DNA of 32,000 bases from Bifidobacterium longum subsp. longum JCM 1217 (GCF_000196555.1 NC_015067.1:330001-362000), one strand, 5' to 3'. Shown: positions 17,656 to 26,704, numbered from the stretch's first letter. Numbers and translations are program-made. Notes: generated from the sequence alone by a model not told the origin.

Positions 17656-18506
17656 CCGAAACTTCCGCAACCAAGCCGCCGCAGCTGCGCGCCGCTCGTG
17701 CGCGTAAACAGAGCATCATCAAATTCGTGATCCTGTTCGTCACCCTGGCGTTCCTGTTCGTGCCGCTGCTGGCCATGCTCATCTTCACCCTGCGTCACCC
17801 GCTGTCCGGCCGCTGGTCGGCCGCGCCGTGGATCGCGATTTTCACCGGCAACGGCGAGTCGCTGGGTGCCGACCTGACCGTGCTGTGGCAGGGCATCGGC
17901 ACCTCGCTGGCCCTGAGCGCGGTCACCGTGGTGATCATGCTGGTGCTGCTGGTGCCCACCATGGTCATCGTGCATATTCGCTCCAAGGTTTTGGAGCGCG
18001 CGATCGAATGGGTGGCCACGCTGCCGCTGACCATCCCGGCCATCGTGCTGGTGGTGGGTTTGGGCCCGATCTACCGCTGGCTGTCCGCCGACGTGCTGAG
18101 CACCAACCCAATCTGGCTGTGCTTTGCCTACGTGATTCTCGTGATGCCGTTCGCCTTCCGCGCGATCGCCGTGGGGCTTAACTCCATCGACGTCAAGACG
18201 CTGGTCGAGGCATCCCGCTCGCTCGGTGCCTCCTGGCCCAAGGTGTTCTTCAAGGTGATCATCCCGAACCTATGGCAGTCGATTCTCTCGGCATCCTTTA
18301 TCTCCATCGCCGTGGTGCTGGGCGAATACACCGTCGCCTCGCTGCTCGGCCGTATGAACCTGCAGGTCGCGCTCTACCAGCTCGGCCAGTCCAATTCTCA
18401 AATCTCCACCGCCATGTCGCTGCTGGCTCTGCTCTTCGGTGCGGTGCTCCTCGTTGCGCTCGACCTGATCTCCGACGCAATGCGCAAGTCAAGGGAAGGT
18501 AAGTAA
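17652..18506 (+). CDS. ABC transporter permease
   Basis: ATGA overlap with the upstream permease. EAA-type loop (VEASRSLGASWPKVFFKVIIPNL). Six hydrophobic segments. Confidence 0.85.
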   Translation: MTETSATKPPQLRAARARKQSIIKFVILFVTLAFLFVPLLAMLIFTLRHPLSGRWSAAPWIAIFTGNGESLGADLTVLWQGIGTSLALSAVTVVIMLVLLVPTMVIVHIRSKVLERAIEWVATLPLTIPAIVLVVGLGPIYRWLSADVLSTNPIWLCFAYVILVMPFAFRAIAVGLNSIDVKTLVEASRSLGASWPKVFFKVIIPNLWQSILSASFISIAVVLGEYTVASLLGRMNLQVALYQLGQSNSQISTAMSLLALLFGAVLLVALDLISDAMRKSREGK

Positions 18507-18510
18507 CCTG

Positions 18511-19788
18511 ATGAACAGCAATTCGATTTTCACCCGTCGCCATGCCGGTGCCGATGCCGCGGCTTCTGTTTCGGCACCCGCCACCACGTCCGCTGCCGCC
18601 GAGGACGCCTTCAAGAACGATCCCACCGCCACCCTCGAAGGCGTGCGCGGCAAGGACGTGACCAAGGCCGCCAAGGCCCTGCTCAAAGACAGCGTCAAGC
18701 GCGGCGGCGGCTCCATCCAGATGCGCGACGTCGTCAAGATCTACCCCGGCTCCACCGTTCACGCGCTCGACGACTTCAACCTGGACATCAAGCCCGGCGA
18801 AATGGTCGTGCTGCTCGGCGGCTCCGGCTGCGGCAAGTCCACCGCGCTGCGCTCGCTCGCCGGCCTCGAAGACATCCAGGGCGGCCGCATCATGGTCGGC
18901 GGCCAAGACGTCACCGGCGTGCCGGTCAACAAGCGCGAGATGGCCATGGTGTTCCAGGCCTACTCGCTTTTCCCGCACATGACCGCCCTGGAGAACGTGG
19001 AATTCGGCCTCGAAGTGCGCGGCATGGGCAAGGCAGAACGCCGCAAGATCGCCATGGAACAGCTGGAGCTCGTGGGACTTGCCGATCAGGCCAAGAAGTA
19101 CACGCAGCAGATGTCCGGCGGCCAGCAACAGCGCGTGGCCCTGGCCCGCGCGCTGGCCGTCAAGCCGCGCGTGCTACTGCTCGACGAGCCGCTCTCCGCC
19201 CTCGACGCCAAGGTGCGCGTCCAGCTGCGCGACCAGATTCGCCGCATCCAACTCACCACCGGCACCACCACCGTCTTCGTGACCCACGATCAGGAAGAGG
19301 CGCTGGCCGTGGCCGACCGCATCGGTGTGATGAACAAGGGCAAGATCGAGCAGATCGCCGCCCCGCAGAACCTGTACCAGCGCCCCGCCACCGAGTACGT
19401 GGCCACGTTCATTGGACTCACCAACCGCCTGCCCGGCGCATCCAATGGCGACGAGGCCGTGGTCTTCGGCCAGCGCGTGCCGCTGCTCGCCGGCTCCGCC
19501 AAGGGCGATTCCGTGGCCGTGCTCGTGCGCCCGGAGAACCTGACGCTGGCCTTGGCCGGCAGCAGCGATTCGCACGTCGGCGAACGCGCCCGCGTGGAGG
19601 TCATTCACTTCCTTGGCTCCTTGGTGCGCGTGGATACGGTCATTACCTCCGGCGAATACCAGCGCTGGAACAAGGGCGAACAGCTCAAGGCCACCGTGCA
19701 GCTGCCCGCCAGCGAGCTGCCGGCCGGTCTGGCGGTGGGCGATGACGTGATTGTCACCCCGCGTCCGGTCGCCGCGCTCGCCTGCTGA
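18511..19788 (+). CDS. ABC transporter ATP-binding protein (PotA/FbpC-like) with a low-complexity N-terminal extension of about 65 aa
   Basis: Walker A GGSGCGKST, signature MSGGQQQRVALARAL, Walker B LLLDEPLSALD. GGGAAGG lies upstream of the ATG at 18511. The ATG at 18721 is a possible shorter start. Confidence 0.9.
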   Translation: MNSNSIFTRRHAGADAAASVSAPATTSAAAEDAFKNDPTATLEGVRGKDVTKAAKALLKDSVKRGGGSIQMRDVVKIYPGSTVHALDDFNLDIKPGEMVVLLGGSGCGKSTALRSLAGLEDIQGGRIMVGGQDVTGVPVNKREMAMVFQAYSLFPHMTALENVEFGLEVRGMGKAERRKIAMEQLELVGLADQAKKYTQQMSGGQQQRVALARALAVKPRVLLLDEPLSALDAKVRVQLRDQIRRIQLTTGTTTVFVTHDQEEALAVADRIGVMNKGKIEQIAAPQNLYQRPATEYVATFIGLTNRLPGASNGDEAVVFGQRVPLLAGSAKGDSVAVLVRPENLTLALAGSSDSHVGERARVEVIHFLGSLVRVDTVITSGEYQRWNKGEQLKATVQLPASELPAGLAVGDDVIVTPRPVAALAC

Positions 19789-19869
19789 ATGGCGTTGCGA
19801 TGATCGTGCGGTTCTGTTCTGTTTTTGTGACTGTACGATCGTCGAATGGCTTATCGGCAATGATGTGTG

Positions 19870-19912
19870 TGGGACGGCGGCGATTTTTGGGCGATTATCG
19901 CGTGCCGTCCCA
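19870..19912 (+). other. Hairpin downstream of the ABC operon with a 9-bp stem and no U-tract
   Basis: TGGGACGGC (19870-19878) pairs with GCCGTCCCA (19904-19912). The loop contains the palindrome GCGATTATCGC. Confidence 0.5.
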
Positions 19913-19943
19913 CAGCAATCTTGCAGAGTAGGGGACTTTCTCG

Positions 19944-20009
19944 GCATTGGGAATGATTGACGTTGATCATTCCTTGCCCATTGATGATTTCCTCCCCCAT
20001 TCCCAATGC
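19944..20009. promoter_or_regulatory. Nested perfect inverted repeats upstream of the CPBP gene
   Basis: Outer 12-bp arms are GCATTGGGAATG (19944-19955) and CATTCCCAATGC (19998-20009). Inner 8-bp arms are GGAATGAT (19950-19957) and ATCATTCC (19966-19973). Confidence 0.55.
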
Positions 20010-20091
20010 AATCGAAACGCCGTGCCGTATTCTTGAAGAGTATTGCACGTGTGATCGGTCCGTTTGCGGCCAGTAACTATGGGGGATAAGT

Positions 20092-21135
20092 ATGAGCGAA
20101 CCAATGCCGCCGGCGCAGCAGCCGCAGGCACCTCAGCAATCGCAGCAGCCGCAACAATCTCCACGCGATTGGTGGTTCACGGCCCATCGCCGGTTTTCGA
20201 CAATCGGCTCGGCGCTCGCCATTATGATGGTGTTCTGGATCGGACTGAATATTCTGGCCACTGAAGCACTACGAACGCTGCTTGGCACCGATGTGCCCGC
20301 TTGGGCTGTGCTGCTCGCCTCCTCCGGACCGCTGTATGTGGTGGCCATGCCGCTGAGTATGTTGGCCTTCACTCGCGTACCGGTTATTCGCACCCGGCAG
20401 TACCCCATGAAGGCGGGGGAGTTCATTCAGATTTTCGTCATGTGCATTCCGGTAATGTTCTTGGGCAATATGATTGGCAATATATTGTCTGCCGGAGCCA
20501 CTGATGGTCAGGCCACCAATCGCATCAACGACGTGATTCTTGGCAGCGACTGGCGGGTGAACGCATTGTTCATAGGCCTGTTGGCACCGGTTTGCGAAGA
20601 ATGGATTTTTCGCAAGGAGATTATCTCCCGCCTGCGCCGGTACGGAGAGAAGACCGCAATCATATTCTCCGCATTGGCATTCGCGCTATTCCATATGAAC
20701 GTGTTCCAGTTCTTCTACGCCTTTGGCCTAGGACTGATGTTCGGATATGTATACACGCGCACCTCCCGACTGCGGTATTCGGTGGCTATGCACATGCTGA
20801 TCAACCTGAACGGGTCAGTACTCGCCCCATTGGTGATACAACAGATCGATCCCCGCATCCTCGACGGCACGGTCAGCGAGGCCGAAATCATGCGTATGGC
20901 TGAAGCCGGCAACATGGGCGACATGGGCATCATGATGTTGTACGGCACAGTGATGTTGGGCCTCTGCATTGCCGGTATCGTACTGCTTATCACCAAGCGC
21001 AAGAGCTGGGAGTTCTATCTTGCGCCAGAGGAGTTGCCTGCGGGGCTTAAAATACGCACCGCCTATGCCAATCCCGGCGTTATCGCGTACCTACTGTTGA
21101 CTGTGATGCTTACCGGTTGGATGCTGTTCGCATGA
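20092..21135 (+). CDS. CPBP family intramembrane glutamic endopeptidase (CAAX protease / Abi-like)
   Basis: Motifs EEWIFR, FALFH and HMLINL lie in hydrophobic context. The N-terminus is Gln/Pro-rich. GGGGGA lies upstream of the ATG. Confidence 0.8.
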   Translation: MSEPMPPAQQPQAPQQSQQPQQSPRDWWFTAHRRFSTIGSALAIMMVFWIGLNILATEALRTLLGTDVPAWAVLLASSGPLYVVAMPLSMLAFTRVPVIRTRQYPMKAGEFIQIFVMCIPVMFLGNMIGNILSAGATDGQATNRINDVILGSDWRVNALFIGLLAPVCEEWIFRKEIISRLRRYGEKTAIIFSALAFALFHMNVFQFFYAFGLGLMFGYVYTRTSRLRYSVAMHMLINLNGSVLAPLVIQQIDPRILDGTVSEAEIMRMAEAGNMGDMGIMMLYGTVMLGLCIAGIVLLITKRKSWEFYLAPEELPAGLKIRTAYANPGVIAYLLLTVMLTGWMLFA

Positions 21136-21173
21136 CTGTCATAGCCGGACCCAGAGAGGCGAGCCGGGAGATA

Positions 21174-21971
21174 TCACAGATTGCCTGACGAGCCGCCATC
21201 TTCAACAAGGTATTCGGTGCCCGAACCGGCGATGGCTCGCGCCGCCATATCTTTGATGGTGGAAGGCAGCACACCCTCGCGCGCGAACACAAGCACTTGG
21301 CCGGTCATGCCGTAAGGGGAGAAGCCGGTGAACTTGACCAATGGCGGCTGACCCTCCAGCGCCACGTCGGCGGTGGCTTTGGTTACGCGGTCGAGAATAT
21401 CCTGACTGATCGCAGACGGGTCGCCGGAGGCCTTGGCCGTGAACTCAAGCGTGGCCATGCCTTCGCTGACCGGCGTGAGCTTGGTCAGGGCGGCCGTATT
21501 GAGTACCGAATTGGGGATGACCATCATGTCTCCGGAACGGGTGCGCACCACGGTCTGACGCCAGGTGATGTCGTGCACGGTGCCTGTGACGCCTTGAATG
21601 GTCACCAGATCGCCGGGTTGGATTACGCGGCCCAGCATCAGGCCGAAGCCGCCGATGATGTTGGCGATTGTATCCTTCAGACCCAGCGAGATCGCCACAC
21701 CTCCAACACCAAGGGCGGTGATAAGTGTGGTCGGATTGATGCCGAATACGGGCTGCAGTACCATCGCTGCGCCGGTGACCCAGATGGTCACGCGCGTGAG
21801 GTTCACGAAAATCGAGGCGCTGGGAATCTGAGAATTGTCCAGAATCTTGCGCAACACGCGGCTGATGACGCGGTCGGCCACAAATACGATGGCCAATACA
21901 ATGGTCAGCCAGATGAGTTTGCCGGCGTTCACCTGAAACCAGCGTGCGATGTCTTCTGCATATTCAGTCAT
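21174..21971 (-). CDS. Small-conductance mechanosensitive channel (MscS family)
   Basis: Three N-terminal TM helices, then the conserved core LGVGGVAISLGLKDTIANIIGGFGLMLGRVIQPGDLVTI...GTVHDITWRQTVVRT. Confidence 0.85.
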   Translation of the reverse strand: MTEYAEDIARWFQVNAGKLIWLTIVLAIVFVADRVISRVLRKILDNSQIPSASIFVNLTRVTIWVTGAAMVLQPVFGINPTTLITALGVGGVAISLGLKDTIANIIGGFGLMLGRVIQPGDLVTIQGVTGTVHDITWRQTVVRTRSGDMMVIPNSVLNTAALTKLTPVSEGMATLEFTAKASGDPSAISQDILDRVTKATADVALEGQPPLVKFTGFSPYGMTGQVLVFAREGVLPSTIKDMAARAIAGSGTEYLVEDGGSSGNL

Positions 21972-21977
21972 ACGCCT

Positions 21978-21983
21978 ACTGTA
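21978..21983 (-). promoter_or_regulatory. Candidate -10 element (TACAGT on the minus strand) 6 nt upstream of the MscS ATG; the transcript may be leaderless
   Basis: The minus strand reads TACAGT-AGGCGT-ATG, with no SD sequence. Confidence 0.35.
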
Positions 21984-22025
21984 TCGGTCGTTTCTGGTGA
22001 AGTCGTGGAGACGGGGTGGCAGAAA

Positions 22026-22054
22026 GCGGAATCGGCCTACGGTCGATTCCGCTA
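22026..22054 (-). terminator. Hairpin at the aspA 3' end, from the same family as the ddl hairpin
   Basis: GCGGAATCGGCC tac GGTCGATTCCGC. It overlaps the aspA stop codon. On the minus strand it is followed by TTTCTG. Confidence 0.6.
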
Positions 22055-23485
22055 CTCCTGGCGTTCGCGGCAGGTCTGGCCGAGGCCGCGGGCCAGTCGA
22101 ATCGGATCGAGAATCTCGTCCAACTGCTCGGCGGGCAGGTCGGTGCGTTCGCCGGCCACCTCGCGCACGGTACGGCCGGTATGTACGGCTTCGGCGGCGA
22201 TGTCGGCCGCGTGCTCGTAGCCGATGTAGTGGTTGAGCGCGGCGGAAATCGACGGTGAGGACTGGGCGTATGAACGCCCCAGGTCAGCATTGATTTCGAT
22301 GCCTTCCACGCAGTTGACGCGGAACGTCTCCATGGCGTGCGTCAGCAACGCCATGCCGGTCAGCAGCTCATGCACCATCACCGGGTCGAAGGCGTTCAGC
22401 TGCAACTGTCCCTCGGCCACAGCCCAGTTCACAGTCACGTCCATGCCGAAAATCGTGAAGCAGCACTGGTTGACGCATTCGGGGATCACAGGGTTCACTT
22501 TGGCCGGCATGATCGACGATCCGGCCTGGCGAGCCGGCACGTTGAGATCGTTGAAACCGCAGCGCGGCCCGGAATTGAGCAGTCGCAAATCGTCGGCGGC
22601 CTTCTTCAGGTGCACGGCGAGGCTCTTGATGGCAGCCGACGTGGCCACGTACGCGCCCATATCCGTCATGGCGGCCACCGGATCGGGCGCGGCGGTGACC
22701 GGCAGCCCGGTGATTTGCGCCAGATGCTTGATAGCGGACTTGCGGAATCGCAGATCCGCGCAAATGCCGGTACCGATGGCGGTGGCACCGAGGTTGAGCT
22801 GGGCCAGCAGCGGCACCACGCGATCGAATGCAGCCAAATCAGACTTCAACAGCGTGGCAAACGCATGAAATTCCTGACCATAGGTCATTGGTACGGCGTC
22901 CTGCAGCTGCGTGCGGCCAATCGTCACGTCATTGATATGTTTGTCGGCCAGATCGTGGAAGGCCTTGGCGAGTTTCTTGGTGGACTCGGCGAGCGGCCCG
23001 ATCGCGTCGATAAGCGCGAGTTTGCAGGCGGCCGGGTAGGTGTCGTTCGTGGACTGCGACTTGTTGACGTCGTCGTTCGGATGGATGTATGTGTAATCGC
23101 CGCGCTGGCGGCCGGCGATTTCCAACGCACGGTTGGCGATCACCTCGTTCATGTTCATGTTCGACGAGGTGCCGGCACCGCCCTGCATCACATCGACCGG
23201 GAACTGATCGGCCAGTTTGCCGGCCTCAATTTCTAGGCAGGCGGCGCGAATGGCCTCGGCCTTGGCTGGGTCGATCAGGCCTAATTCCTCATTGGCGATG
23301 GCGCAGGCGCGCTTGACCGTGGCATAGGCGCGAATCAGCTCGGGATGTTGGCTATCGGTGATGCCGGAGACCGGGAAGTTGCCGATAGCGCGCTGGGTGT
23401 GAATACCCCAGTAGACGTTCGCCGGCACCTCCATCTGGCCGATGCAGTCATGTTCCAGACGGGTCTTGTTCGATGTTTCGCTCAT
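22052..23485 (-). CDS. aspA: Aspartate ammonia-lyase
   Basis: Starts MSETSNKTRLEHDCIGQMEVPANVYWGIHTQRA... The fumarate-lyase signature GSSIMPAKVNPVIPE is the AspA type. The start is set at the ATG at 23485, preceded by AGGAAG. Confidence 0.9.
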   Translation of the reverse strand: MSETSNKTRLEHDCIGQMEVPANVYWGIHTQRAIGNFPVSGITDSQHPELIRAYATVKRACAIANEELGLIDPAKAEAIRAACLEIEAGKLADQFPVDVMQGGAGTSSNMNMNEVIANRALEIAGRQRGDYTYIHPNDDVNKSQSTNDTYPAACKLALIDAIGPLAESTKKLAKAFHDLADKHINDVTIGRTQLQDAVPMTYGQEFHAFATLLKSDLAAFDRVVPLLAQLNLGATAIGTGICADLRFRKSAIKHLAQITGLPVTAAPDPVAAMTDMGAYVATSAAIKSLAVHLKKAADDLRLLNSGPRCGFNDLNVPARQAGSSIMPAKVNPVIPECVNQCCFTIFGMDVTVNWAVAEGQLQLNAFDPVMVHELLTGMALLTHAMETFRVNCVEGIEINADLGRSYAQSSPSISAALNHYIGYEHAADIAAEAVHTGRTVREVAGERTDLPAEQLDEILDPIRLARGLGQTCRERQE

Positions 23486-23602
23486 GCTTCCATCTTCCTG
23501 TGCGTGGGTTGGAAACGCCAGCATGAGAGGCTGATTGCGCCTTGTGAGAAACCTCACGCGAGGTTCGTGCGGCGGAAACAATCCAGACTCGCTGGTTTTC
23601 GG

Positions 23603-24334
23603 TCAAGCGGTGTACCCGGGGAATCCTGCGGGGCCGTTCGACGATGAGATGGTGGATGGCGCGGCATGCGTGGCGGCGACCGGCATGCCGGGGGCGGTCG
23701 AATCCTGCGCATTGTGCACGAAGATGCGATTCCAGTAATTAAGCATGTCCTTTTGGCTCATGGCCAGGTATATGCCCATGGCCAGCACGGCCACATCTTC
23801 TTTAAGCAGGTCTTTGATTTCGATGGTGTCGCTCAATTCGGGCCAACGTTGCAGCACGGCGAGCATGCCGCCCACGGTGAACTCGACCATGAGATCGGTT
23901 TTCAGGTCAAGGTTCTTGGGGTCGCGTTGCAATGTGCTGAGCATTTGCAGACGGCAGAAGTCGCGCAGCGATTCGGTCAGTTCAAGCGTGCTGTGCGGGC
24001 CTGCCAACAGGGCCAGGTGGTCGAGGCGCTGACGCTGCTCTGGATCGGAGAGCGTGGCGGTGACGCGGTCTCGCCATTGTTCCTCGGGATTGCCGTTCGG
24101 ATCGGGGGTGCGGTTGATCGGAATCGATTCGACCTGATGCAGGATGGCTGAATCGGCCAATTCGGGCAGGCTGGAGAAGTGATAGTAGAACGAATTACGG
24201 TTCACGCCAGCCTCACGCACCACGTCGGTAACGGTGATCTTGCGATAGTCGCGGTCGGCGAGCAATTCCCAGAAAGCGTTCTCGAGGCGTTCTTTGGCGG
24301 GCAGCACCTCGGAATCATGGCGTGGACGTGGCAT
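23603..24334 (-). CDS. TetR/AcrR family transcriptional regulator
   Basis: N-terminal HTH ITVTDVVREAGVNRNSFYYHF. The ATG at 24334 is preferred because AGGAGG lies 5 nt upstream of it; the ATG at 24352 is an alternative start. Confidence 0.85.
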   Translation of the reverse strand: MPRPRHDSEVLPAKERLENAFWELLADRDYRKITVTDVVREAGVNRNSFYYHFSSLPELADSAILHQVESIPINRTPDPNGNPEEQWRDRVTATLSDPEQRQRLDHLALLAGPHSTLELTESLRDFCRLQMLSTLQRDPKNLDLKTDLMVEFTVGGMLAVLQRWPELSDTIEIKDLLKEDVAVLAMGIYLAMSQKDMLNYWNRIFVHNAQDSTAPGMPVAATHAAPSTISSSNGPAGFPGYTA

Positions 24335-24352
24335 CTCTTCCTCCTGATGCAC

Positions 24353-24387
24353 CAGCGTGATATGGTCACGCTGTCTAATAACTTATT
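24353..24387. promoter_or_regulatory. Two palindromes between the candidate promoter and the TetR start, possibly operators
   Basis: CAGCGTGA tatgg TCACGCTG at 24353-24373 (perfect 8-bp arms) and AATAACTTATT at 24377-24387. Confidence 0.4.
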
Positions 24388-24391
24388 GGGC

Positions 24392-24420
24392 AGTATAACT
24401 ATTATTTGTGGACATGTCTA
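24392..24420 (-). promoter_or_regulatory. Candidate sigma-70-type promoter for the TetR gene (TAGACA-N17-TATACT on the minus strand)
   Basis: The plus strand carries AGTATA at 24392-24397 and TGTCTA at 24415-24420, separated by an AT-rich 17-nt spacer. Confidence 0.45.
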
Positions 24421-24424
24421 TGAG

Positions 24425-25831
24425 CTAATCGGCGATTTCAGTTGCGTCCTCCGCTGATGGCGAAGCTGTGGTGCCGGCATCGGCATCAGTATCGGCTCTG
24501 GCCGGAGCTGCGCTATCTGCTCCTGCTGCAGTTTCTGCTGGGATCTCGGCTGTTGCTTTGGAGGTCGCAGAACTTGGTGCGGAAGCCGGGGCGGGCGTCG
24601 GCTTGCGTTTGGCCGTGGACGCCTTGAACAGTATCGCCAGGGCCTCAACCAAATGACGCCGGTCTGCGGGGGTCAGCCCAACGTACGCGCCAAGCATCGC
24701 CGGAATCGAAGCGGGGAAGTTGCTCATCACCTCGCTGAAGCTGGTGGCGCCGTTGGCGTGCAGCACGGTGAACAGCGCATCCACCGCACGCTCGCGCTGT
24801 TCGGGCGTAAGCGTGGCGATCCAATGGTTCAGCTCCTCGTTAAACAACTGCGAGCTGGAACTCAAATCCGGCTCGGTGATGAACTGGTCACCATCCAATA
24901 GCCAGGTGAAGGCGGAATGCTGCATGATGCCATCCGAATCGGAAGAGACCACGCGGCAAGGCTCCGGGGTCTCGAAAATCATGCCCACAATCGACGAACT
25001 CGGCACGATTTTCGTCACCTTCGGCTGGATGGTGCGGTAGGCGGGGCTGGTCACAATCTCCGGCGGGAAACCGGGGCCATCCAGTGAATAGACATGCTGA
25101 ATGCGCTTGCGCACCTTGGGATCGGCGTTCATGGCCGCGTAAATCGCCAGATTGCCTCCCTTGGAATGGCCGACCAGAATAATCGGACCCTCCCACAGTC
25201 GCGCCACCATATCCAGATAGGCGCTGGCTGAACGTTGCGCCGGCACCGGATACTGGAAAGCCATATTGAAATCTTCCTTCCATCCGATGAGCGAATCATC
25301 GGTGCCGCGGAAGGAAATAACCAACGTGCCTTTGTAGGTCGGCTTTCGGCGCTTGTGGCCGTCGGGCAGTTGGAAGGTGGCGGCGGCGAATTGGGTTTGC
25401 TCACCCTGATTGATGTGCTCGACCACCGCGCCCAGGCGAACGTTGGCGTAGCGGGGGTTTTCGCCTGCGGCCTGGAACAGGTCGTGGGTCAGGTCCGGGT
25501 TGACCACTGAAACCATTTGGGCTTCGTGCGGCTTGTCGTCGGCATGTGTTTCCGGCGAACGATGCAGCTCGCGGTTGGCCTCGTCAAGGCTTACCGATTC
25601 AAGCTCGGGATGCCAGATACCCTTCAGCCAGATCAGTGGATGCTTGGGTTCGAAAGCGCGAATGCGTGCGGCGAACGAGCCTGACCGCGTCTCATCCAGC
25701 ATCAACGTCGGACAGACACTGGCCACATCCTCATAGATGAGCGTGGAGATGATCAAGGCGTCGATTTCGTTGAACGGCAAGTCGGCGAAGGAGCGCGTTT
25801 CGGTGTGCGCGTAATCGATAATGCCGGTCAT
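24425..25831 (-). CDS. DUF2974 / Mbeg1-like alpha/beta hydrolase (lipase-like) with a low-complexity Ala/Pro/Ser C-terminal tail
   Basis: The N-terminus MTGIIDYAHTE..FADLPFNEIDALIISTLIYED matches my recollection of DUF2974 N-termini. Nucleophile elbow GHSKGG. The start is set at the ATG at 25831, preceded by GGAGG. Confidence 0.7.
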   Translation of the reverse strand: MTGIIDYAHTETRSFADLPFNEIDALIISTLIYEDVASVCPTLMLDETRSGSFAARIRAFEPKHPLIWLKGIWHPELESVSLDEANRELHRSPETHADDKPHEAQMVSVVNPDLTHDLFQAAGENPRYANVRLGAVVEHINQGEQTQFAAATFQLPDGHKRRKPTYKGTLVISFRGTDDSLIGWKEDFNMAFQYPVPAQRSASAYLDMVARLWEGPIILVGHSKGGNLAIYAAMNADPKVRKRIQHVYSLDGPGFPPEIVTSPAYRTIQPKVTKIVPSSSIVGMIFETPEPCRVVSSDSDGIMQHSAFTWLLDGDQFITEPDLSSSSQLFNEELNHWIATLTPEQRERAVDALFTVLHANGATSFSEVMSNFPASIPAMLGAYVGLTPADRRHLVEALAILFKASTAKRKPTPAPASAPSSATSKATAEIPAETAAGADSAAPARADTDADAGTTASPSAEDATEIAD

Positions 25832-26152
25832 GCGCACCTCCTGCTTCCGTTGATATTGCATATCCCCTTGGGCTGCGTGGTCTTGCGATCGCGTGCGGCC
25901 GTGCGGCTGCGCGCAGCAATTAACCATATGCATTCCATTGTAGGGATTGTACGGTTTTGGCCGGCGCGATCGAGCAAGACTGCACCGACGGCGAACAATT
26001 CGTGGAAGGATTCCCGTCGGCTTGTCGAAAATTGTCGGGTAGCAGGGTTGCGATGCCAGCCAGCCGACCACCCTCCGGCGCTACGCGCCATCTCCCGCCG
26101 GCGGGAGGGTTAACCACTCAATCCTTTTTGACGAGGCGGACCGCTGGGCCCG

Positions 26153-26704
26153 TCAAAGGTTCGGCAGATCGAAGCGCGCCAGATCCACGCCCTCGAGTTC
26201 AAGCAACTCGGCCTTGATGTCGAGTCGGCCGCCGTAGCCGCCAAACGCGCGGCCCGAGCCGACTACGCGGTGGCAGGGCACGATGATGGTAACCGGATTG
26301 CGCTTCACTGCGCCTCCGACCGCCTGCGCGGCCATGCGGCCGCCGCCGCGTCGTTCGGCCAATTCGGCGGCGAGTTCGCCGTAACTTACCGTCATGCCAT
26401 AGGGGATTTCGGCCACCAGATTCCACACTTCATGTTGGAATGGCGTGCCGGCGGGATGCAAAGGCGGCACCTGATCCGAGCCGGGGCGTTCGCCGGCGAA
26501 ATAGGCGGTCAGCCATTCGCGGGTTATACGGAATACGTCGGGTTCACTATCGGATTCGCGATTCGAATCGAGAACGGCTTGGTGATCGGTGGCCCACCAC
26601 CAGTCTTCAAGACAGAGTTCGGTAAGTCCCTCGCCGTCGGAGGCCATCATCATCCGGCCGATGGGCGTTTCGACTGTGGCCCGCATCAGTTGTCGTTGCG
26701 TCAT
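26153..26704 (-). CDS. ogt: Methylated-DNA--protein-cysteine methyltransferase
   Basis: Active-site motif IIVPCHRVV, plus the upstream YGELA and downstream K..LL..EG elements. 183 aa. Confidence 0.9.
   Translation of the reverse strand: MTQRQLMRATVETPIGRMMMASDGEGLTELCLEDWWWATDHQAVLDSNRESDSEPDVFRITREWLTAYFAGERPGSDQVPPLHPAGTPFQHEVWNLVAEIPYGMTVSYGELAAELAERRGGGRMAAQAVGGAVKRNPVTIIVPCHRVVGSGRAFGGYGGRLDIKAELLELEGVDLARFDLPNL

Noticed and set aside
19800-19931. A 43-aa small ORF (MIVRFCSVFVTVRSSNGLSAMMCVGRRRFLGDYRVPSHSNLAE) upstream of the CPBP/Abi-like gene, considered as a possible bacteriocin precursor
   Set aside because: It has no Shine-Dalgarno sequence, no leader-peptide motif such as a double glycine, and it overlaps a stable hairpin. 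There is not enough evidence to call it a gene.
26092-26157. The perfect 16-bp palindrome CTCCCGCCGGCGGGAG (26092-26107) and the TTTGACG..CGTCAAA inverted repeat (26127-26157), considered as the ogt terminator
   Set aside because: Neither is followed by a U-tract in the ogt transcript direction, so I cannot support a terminator call. They may still be U-tract-independent terminators or protein-binding sites.
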